Shown piece by piece: positions 41,788 through 47,897 of a stretch of 47,897 nt of DNA. The notes below the pieces were generated by a model, which saw nothing but the letters and a program-made list of their open reading frames with translations, had not been told where the DNA came from and ran no database searches. Source of the stretch: an uncultured bacterium (lineage in GTDB: Bacteria > Zixibacteria > MSB-5A5 > SM1-73); contig CBDUQU010000003.1 of the NCBI GenBank assembly GCA_965369445.1, forward strand, positions 1-47,897, read 5' to 3'. Made by a program: the position numbers and the translations under genes. How positions within the stretch are numbered: position 1 is the stretch's first letter; the number at the start of each line of letters is the position of its first letter.

Positions 41788-43593
41788 ATGGACTTAAAGA
41801 CCAAGCTTAAAAACCTTCCTGCCAGGCCCGGAGTCTACTTGATGAAGGACGCGTCAGGAAGGATAATCTACGTGGGGAAAGCGAAATCCTTGAGAAACAG
41901 GGTACGGGCATACTTCCACGACACCTCTCCCCATCATCCCAAGATATCCGCGCTGATCTCCAAGATATCGGATTTTGACGTCCTGGCCACCGACTCGGAG
42001 ATGGAGGCTTTGATCCTGGAGGCTAACCTAATTAAGCAGCACAAGCCTCGGTACAATGTGAACTTAAAGGATGACAAAAGGTATCCCTATCTGAAGGTAA
42101 CCGACGAGCCGTTCCCCAGGGTGCTGGTGGTGAGAAGGGTGAAAAAAGACAGGGCCAAATATTTCGGGCCCCACACCAACGTAAAGGCCATGCGGAATAC
42201 TCTTAAGATGCTGAGGAAGGTCTTCCCCATTCGAAGCTGTAACTATGCACTTCCCTCCTCCAGAAAGATCAAGCTCTGTTTGGATTATCATATCAATCGG
42301 TGTTTGGGGCCGTGTGAGGGGAAGGTTTCGCCGGAGGAGTACCGGGAGATCACCAAGGACGTCCTGCTCTTCCTTTCCGGAAAAAACAGCTTGTTGATGG
42401 AGCATCTGGAGGGAAGGATGAGCGAGTATTCTGCCCGGGAGGAGTTCGAGAGGGCGGCTCAGGCCAGAGACCAGTTCAGAGCATTAGAAAGCGTAACCGA
42501 GAAGCAGAAGGTGGCAGGTATGGAGCAACCGGACCGCGATATCGTCGCCTTCGCCCGCGACGGGAAGGACATCTCGGTGGTTGCCCTCCAGATAAGAGAG
42601 GGAGTCTTGACCGGAAGACAGAACTTCCACCTTGTCGGACTGAAGGAGAGTGCAGACTCCGAGATCCTGTCCAACTTCTTGAGGCAATACTACATGCACT
42701 CCTCAGTGATTCCGCCCGAGATCATTCTTCCCTCGGCGATCGATGATCAGCAGATGATCGAGAATTGGCTGCGCTCAAGGAGAGAGGGGAGAGTGAGAAT
42801 CATCGTCCCCCAGAGGGGGGAGAAGGTCAGGCTTCTGGAGATGGCGGGCTATAATGCCCGGCTCTCGTTGGATGAACTTCTGCTTCAGAGATCGGAAGAG
42901 AAAAAGAAAGTCCCGTCCGCCGTGGAGGCGTTGAAAAAAGACCTGTACCTATCCGTCCCCCCGCGAAAGATAGCGGCATTCGACATATCCAACTTGGGAC
43001 CTGCGGATGCAGTAGGATCCCTGGTGTTCTTCGAAGATGGCCGCCCCAAGAAGAGCCAATACCGGAGATTCAAAATCAGGAGCGTACAGGGACAGGACGA
43101 CTTCGCCATGATGGCAGAGGTGGTACGAAGGCATTTCGTCCCTCTGACCCAGGAGAAAGAGGAATTTCCGGACTTAGTCTTAATTGACGGTGGAAAAGGT
43201 CAGCTCTCAGCGACCCTTCAGACTTTGAGCAGCTTGGGCGCAGAGAAGCAGAATGTGGTGGCTTTGGCAAAAAGATTAGACGAGGTCTTCTTGCCGCAAA
43301 GACCTGACCCCTTGATGATTCCAAAGGGTTCTGCTTCTTTGAAGCTTCTCCAGAGGATACGGAACGAGGCGCACAGGTTCGCGGTTGAGTATCACCGAAA
43401 ACTAAGAAAAAAAAGAATCATACGCTCCGAGCTGGATCGGATCCCCGGCGTGGGACCCGCAAGGAGAGAAAGCTTGCTTAAGCGCTTTCGCTCCGTGGCC
43501 AAGATCAAAGAGGCAGACTTAGAGGAGTTGTCAAAACTTCAGGGGATCAACAAAAGGGTGGCGGAAAATATATACAACCATTTCCATCCGTAA
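41788..43593 (+). CDS. uvrC: Excinuclease ABC subunit C
   Basis: GIY-YIG (PGVY, IYVGKAK), FDISN, DDFAMM, IDGGKGQ, RNEAHRFA, HhH. Confidence 0.97.
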   Translation: MDLKTKLKNLPARPGVYLMKDASGRIIYVGKAKSLRNRVRAYFHDTSPHHPKISALISKISDFDVLATDSEMEALILEANLIKQHKPRYNVNLKDDKRYPYLKVTDEPFPRVLVVRRVKKDRAKYFGPHTNVKAMRNTLKMLRKVFPIRSCNYALPSSRKIKLCLDYHINRCLGPCEGKVSPEEYREITKDVLLFLSGKNSLLMEHLEGRMSEYSAREEFERAAQARDQFRALESVTEKQKVAGMEQPDRDIVAFARDGKDISVVALQIREGVLTGRQNFHLVGLKESADSEILSNFLRQYYMHSSVIPPEIILPSAIDDQQMIENWLRSRREGRVRIIVPQRGEKVRLLEMAGYNARLSLDELLLQRSEEKKKVPSAVEALKKDLYLSVPPRKIAAFDISNLGPADAVGSLVFFEDGRPKKSQYRRFKIRSVQGQDDFAMMAEVVRRHFVPLTQEKEEFPDLVLIDGGKGQLSATLQTLSSLGAEKQNVVALAKRLDEVFLPQRPDPLMIPKGSASLKLLQRIRNEAHRFAVEYHRKLRKKRIIRSELDRIPGVGPARRESLLKRFRSVAKIKEADLEELSKLQGINKRVAENIYNHFHP

Positions 43594-43792
43594 AAATCGG
43601 CTCTCTCCCCGAAGACAAAAAAAGAGAATCGCTCAATGGTTGCCTGGAATTTCAGGGAGAATTCCCGGCGCAATAATCACTAAAGCGTGACCGGAAAAAA
43701 GGAGAGTTGATTATCAGGGCAAAAACTCGTACAACGAGTTGGCTAATTTGATCCTCTGCGGCCTTTTCACATAGGGAAGGAACAAATGGACG

Positions 43793-44401
43793 TTACTTGG
43801 CAGGAACTTGCTTCGCTTCCTTGATCACCCCGTAGAGCCCGTTGTCGAGCTGGGCGAACAGCTTTAGCTGTTTGTATCTTTCCGACAGCTCCGCCTCCAC
43901 CACGTTCCTGTCCACGGATGCCAAAAGCACCCTTCCGAATATCACCATCTCGTCGCCGTACTTTTTGGTCCAATCCAACGAACACTCGAGGTGGGCCTTG
44001 CACTCGGCGATACGAGGGGTGGTGAGCTTGACCGATTTCACAGGGGTTAATCCCAACTCCTGGATCTCTTTCTCCCCGGTCGGCACCACCTCGACGATCT
44101 TCCAGATTTTTTTGGCGAGATCCGCACCGGGGATGTTGATCACAAATTCACCGGTGGACAGGATGTTCCTGGCTATCCCATTATTCACTTTGCAGCCGAA
44201 ACCTACAATGGCAGGTTGGGAGGAGAAAATCGAGATTGAGCTCTGGACTCCTAAGCTGGGAGCACCCTCCTTGTCTACCGAGCCAATCAGCACCGTCTGC
44301 CCGACCAGAGGGAAACGAAGCCCATCCACAAAGGGGAATGTTGCAACCGTTCTAAGCCCGCTGATATCGTAATCCACCTTGTCTACTGCTTTCTTCATCA
44401 C
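43793..44401 (-). CDS. Flavin reductase-like FMN-binding split-barrel protein
   Basis: NILSTGEFVINIP, PRIAECKAHLEC; AAGGAG RBS. Confidence 0.8.
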   Translation of the reverse strand: MMKKAVDKVDYDISGLRTVATFPFVDGLRFPLVGQTVLIGSVDKEGAPSLGVQSSISIFSSQPAIVGFGCKVNNGIARNILSTGEFVINIPGADLAKKIWKIVEVVPTGEKEIQELGLTPVKSVKLTTPRIAECKAHLECSLDWTKKYGDEMVIFGRVLLASVDRNVVEAELSERYKQLKLFAQLDNGLYGVIKEAKQVPAK

Positions 44402-44558
44402 AGCTCCTTATTTGAGTTCTGACTTTGTTGTGCCCCTTTGGAAACCCTGCTCACATCCCCCGCCAACACCTCAGCAGTCGTCTGCCCGCCGATGATACCG
44501 GAAGCGATGAAGAGATTTTTGTAGTTTCCGAAAAGAACTGGAAAAAACAGAGTAAACT

Positions 44559-44586
44559 AATATACGACTTTCTCTCGCTCTGTCAA
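44559..44586 (-). promoter_or_regulatory. sigma70 promoter of the flavin-reductase-like gene
   Basis: Minus strand TTGACA, 16 bp, TATATT. Confidence 0.65.
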
Positions 44587-44799
44587 CAATATTCTTAAAA
44601 CCTTCAAAAATTTTTCCCAGAAATGAACAAACCCGGTTATTCTTCCTGGTGGATGATAGGGGAACTCATTGATACTTACCGCTCTAATACGAAAATCCTT
44701 ACTCCAGTTATTTGAGAAAAACCACCGTGGTGCAAAAATTAAAGCGCAAATAAAGAACAAGGGCGTATATGTCCCGATAGGAGTCGGAGTCGCAGAATT

Positions 44800-46434
44800 T
44801 TACGATAGTTTCTTCACCTTGAGTCTTCTTTTATCGATCAGTCCTTTTTCCCATGCATTCAGAAATACGCTGGCGATGTGAGGATCGAACTGGGTCCCGG
44901 CGCAGTCCTTGATCTCCTTTAAGGTCATCTTAAAGCTTTTGGCTTTTCTGTATGGTCTGTCACTGGTCATGGCATCAAAGGTGTCTACCACCGACATTAA
45001 TCGTCCCTGAAGAGGGATCTGATCGTTTTTCAAACCGTAAGGGTATCCCTTGCCGTCGAACCTCTCATGGTGGTACAGGACGTAAGGGATTGCCGGCGCC
45101 AGGAAAGGTATCCCCTCCAGTATCTTGGCCCCACAGATGGGATGTTGCTTCATGATCTCGAATTCCTCGTCAGTCAACGTCTGGGCCTTGTTCAAGATGG
45201 CGTCGGGCACGCCTATCTTTCCGATGTCGTGCAGGATCCCACCCATCTTGACCTCCCAGAGTTTCTCCTCACTCCACTTCAGCTGCCGTGCCAGGAATTC
45301 CGCCATGTAACATACCCTTTCAGTATGTCCCCGGGTGTATATGTCCCGTGCCTCCACCGCATTGGCCAGGGCGGTCAAGGTTTGCAGGTAGGACTCCTTC
45401 AACTCCTCGTATAGTCTCGAGTTTTCGATGGCCGAGGCCGCCTTGGAAGCGATGATGGAAAGAGAGTGGAGCTGGCCCGTGGTAAACGGAGACATCCGCT
45501 CCCTGGTTCTGATCAGGATCAGAATTCCGATGACCTTTCCCTTTGCCATCAGGGGATGGACGATGACCGATCGGATGTTTTTCTTCAAATGACTGGGGAG
45601 AAAGCGCTCGCTTATCTCATCCTTGTCAAGAACACGCGGGCGGCCGTGCTTCACAACCCACCTGGAGACGTTATCCTGTCCGGCAAGGAGCCCGCTTCTG
45701 AGCATCTCGGGTGGGACTCCCAGTGAGGCTTTGGGAACCCATCGTTTCGCTTTTTCATCCAGGAGAGCGACGGAGGCCATGTCCGCTTCCAACTCCTTTA
45801 TGGCGGTCTCCAGAATCAGATTCAGAAGAAAATCCAACCGGATGGTGGAGCCCATGGCCTCGCTGATCTTATGAAGAGATACCGCCTCTTTTAAATGTAT
45901 GTTTTCCCGGTAAAGTCTCTGCTTCTCCAATCCTCGCTTGATTACCGCCTTGAGGGTGTCCATGGAGAAAGGCTTAACCAGGTAGTCGTAGGCGCCCGAT
46001 TTTAGCACCGTCACGGCATTCTCTATGGTGGGCTGTCCGGTCATCAGAATCAGCACGGCATCCGGATGAAACTTCATGGTTTGTTCCAGCACGTCCACTC
46101 CGGATATCTTGCCCATTATCAAATCGGTCAAGACTAAGTCTACCGGCTGACGTTTGACGAAATCCAAAGCCTTCCGGGGATCACTCATGGCTTGGATGTG
46201 ATACCCTTCACTTAATAGCATCTCTCGTATCACTTCGCAGATATACTCTTCATCATCCACCACCAGAAGGCGAGGCACGCTCCGATGCGATGACCTTCCA
46301 TCTTCCGTTTCCGCTGGGGTGGAAGATCGGACAGGCGACTCCATTCTCTTGCCCGGACCATTCTCGTCACTGGGGATTGAATCTGAAGTGGCGTTCCTTA
46401 CGGAGGAACCCCTTTCTTTAACCTTGCTGCTCAT
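44800..46434 (-). CDS. Response regulator REC-GAF-HD-GYP phosphodiesterase
   Basis: LVVDDE, TDLIM, DYLVKPF receiver; GAF; HTERV, HDIGKIG, HHERFDGKGYP. Confidence 0.9.
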   Translation of the reverse strand: MSSKVKERGSSVRNATSDSIPSDENGPGKRMESPVRSSTPAETEDGRSSHRSVPRLLVVDDEEYICEVIREMLLSEGYHIQAMSDPRKALDFVKRQPVDLVLTDLIMGKISGVDVLEQTMKFHPDAVLILMTGQPTIENAVTVLKSGAYDYLVKPFSMDTLKAVIKRGLEKQRLYRENIHLKEAVSLHKISEAMGSTIRLDFLLNLILETAIKELEADMASVALLDEKAKRWVPKASLGVPPEMLRSGLLAGQDNVSRWVVKHGRPRVLDKDEISERFLPSHLKKNIRSVIVHPLMAKGKVIGILILIRTRERMSPFTTGQLHSLSIIASKAASAIENSRLYEELKESYLQTLTALANAVEARDIYTRGHTERVCYMAEFLARQLKWSEEKLWEVKMGGILHDIGKIGVPDAILNKAQTLTDEEFEIMKQHPICGAKILEGIPFLAPAIPYVLYHHERFDGKGYPYGLKNDQIPLQGRLMSVVDTFDAMTSDRPYRKAKSFKMTLKEIKDCAGTQFDPHIASVFLNAWEKGLIDKRRLKVKKLS

Positions 46435-46781
46435 GTGCCCCCTTCAAATGCGATTTCGGTTCATCCAAGAGAAGAGATGGGAAGTCAAAGAACTAAAAGC
46501 CCCTTTGGCTGATACGCTTACAGAAACTCTATCGGCGGAAACTAAAGAGGGTTGAGCGTTCGACTGTGCTTCTTTTGCGCACGGCCAAACGTGTGCAGAT
46601 TCCCGAGCTGCTGGGTCGATCATTGAACCTGTTTCAGCCAAGCAGGTGGAGGATCTTTTTTGGACCGCCGGTCTCCGAACATTATCGAAGAAACCTCGGC
46701 CGATCCTGCACCGGTCGTGATTTGCTCATGTGAATATAAGGTTGGCGATCACGAAGGTCGGAGGGCTCTGTTCACCGTGGA

Positions 46782-47783
46782 TTACAGTTCCAGGCGGAGG
46801 TTAGGATAAAAGAGCTCCAGAAATTTAGCATGTCTTTCGAGCCTGTTTCCAAATAAGGCGGCAAGGTCCGGCAAGGATAATCCAATCCCCGCGAAGAACT
46901 GCCTTTTCGGCTCCCCTGCCCGGCGGGTGGCGCTGTAGCCTAAGCCCAGGCAAACGATCTTCTGCGGCAGGAGCAACTTTGTCCTGTAAGTGAACCAGTA
47001 GATGAAGTTGTCAAATTCCTCAGAGGTCTGCGCAAACATGGGTTGACTGGCCAGAAAGATATTCCTCTTCCAGCTTAACTTGAAATCGAAATCCTCAAGC
47101 CCACTAAAACGTTGCTTCACGTAGGCCAGACCTATGCCCGCATAATCGAAAGCCAGGTCGGAAATGCCCAAACCCTGCTGAGGATTATATGCATCTATGG
47201 GATACTCGACCATGGTTAGGACGAAGGCCGTCTGAAAAACGGATATGGCATGGCTGGCTCCGGTCGAAAAACCGGACCAGCGGTAAGCGCTGAAAAGAAA
47301 CTGGGTCATCTTATATCCCCACAGGAAATGGCTCAGTTCGTCCGTCTGCTTTAGCTTGTCGTCGTTCCAGTCGTTCTTGAAATGGAAGGCGCCTTTGGAT
47401 TTCCCCCACGAAGCTATGGCCCCTTTGAAGCCGAAGAATATGGCGCCGGCGTTGGCCGTGCAAAGGATCGATGTCCTCTTAAGGTTGACTCGATTCCGCC
47501 CGGGCTTGTGAGCGAGAGGATTCTGCTCCCTCATGGCAAGGGAATAGCTGGCATGAGATGCGGGATGCGGAAGCAATGATAACCGGGTTGAAGGGCTTGA
47601 TTCCTCAAAATATCCGGGATGGCTCAAAATGCCGTTTCTGGCGGTAAGGATAGAATCGGAGAAAGCGTATCGAGTATCCAGAGTCCTGTTTGAGTAAAGG
47701 GACTGTGCAAAACCTGAACAGGCGGGTAAGAGAAGCCCGATGATCGTCACCAGCAGGCACATGGGTAGTCTCCCGATTCTCAC
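46782..47783 (-). CDS. Exported YfiM/DUF2279-like protein (tentative)
   Basis: Signal-peptide-like N-terminus; FHFKNDW, DELSHF, E, D, G-SD pattern recalled for this family, not searched. Confidence 0.55.
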   Translation of the reverse strand: MRIGRLPMCLLVTIIGLLLPACSGFAQSLYSNRTLDTRYAFSDSILTARNGILSHPGYFEESSPSTRLSLLPHPASHASYSLAMREQNPLAHKPGRNRVNLKRTSILCTANAGAIFFGFKGAIASWGKSKGAFHFKNDWNDDKLKQTDELSHFLWGYKMTQFLFSAYRWSGFSTGASHAISVFQTAFVLTMVEYPIDAYNPQQGLGISDLAFDYAGIGLAYVKQRFSGLEDFDFKLSWKRNIFLASQPMFAQTSEEFDNFIYWFTYRTKLLLPQKIVCLGLGYSATRRAGEPKRQFFAGIGLSLPDLAALFGNRLERHAKFLELFYPNLRLEL

Positions 47784-47789
47784 ATATAT

Positions 47790-47817
47790 ATCATAATGCG
47801 AATCGGGATTTTGTCAA
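47790..47817 (-). promoter_or_regulatory. sigma70 promoter directly upstream of GTG 47783
   Basis: Minus strand TTGACA, 16 bp, TATGAT, then 6 nt to GTG. Confidence 0.65.
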
Positions 47818-47897
47818 GCCCTTTGATTCTCATCCGGGAGACGCATTGTGTCAAGCTAATTGTGTAAATTCGTAATTGGGCATATCCTGGGGTTGGT

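Noticed and set aside
44402-44558. Riboswitch in the flavin-reductase-like gene leader
   Set aside because: No FMN or other recognisable aptamer motifs found by eye.

Overview
Bacterial core-genome window, GC-moderate. The gene content and the RpoB insertion suggest an FCB-group, Zixibacteria-like uncultured lineage (inference). Positions ~3.3-38.6 kb hold an uninterrupted translation/transcription supercluster: tRNA-Thr, tuf, rpmG, tRNA-Trp, secE, nusG, rplKAJL, rpoBC, rpsLG, fusA, a second tuf, the S10 and spc blocks, secY, adk, map, infA, rpmJ, rpsMKD, rpoA and rplQ. The left flank has a REP-like palindrome cluster, suhB, tRNA-Tyr, tRNA-Gly and cysE. The right flank has a GAF-GAF-PP2C phosphatase, a four-helix-bundle gene, an NlpC/P60 lipoprotein, uvrC, a flavin-reductase-like gene, a REC-GAF-HD-GYP gene and a YfiM-like gene. 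The unusual signals are non-coding. (1) Four truncated tRNA-Gly pseudo-copies lie in tandem before the intact tRNA-Gly, each with the anticodon arm replaced by a 19-nt palindrome. (2) 7-bp-period tandem arrays occur as inverted pairs around the four-helix-bundle (IVP/Avd-like) gene, as gene-less inverted pairs in the tRNA cluster, and as an orphan array in the S10 operon. Together these suggest an undescribed small mobile or RNA-level element family. (3) GTAG-REP-like hairpins follow suhB. (4) Most recognisable sigma70 promoters have 16-bp spacers. All calls are by eye; no database searches were run.
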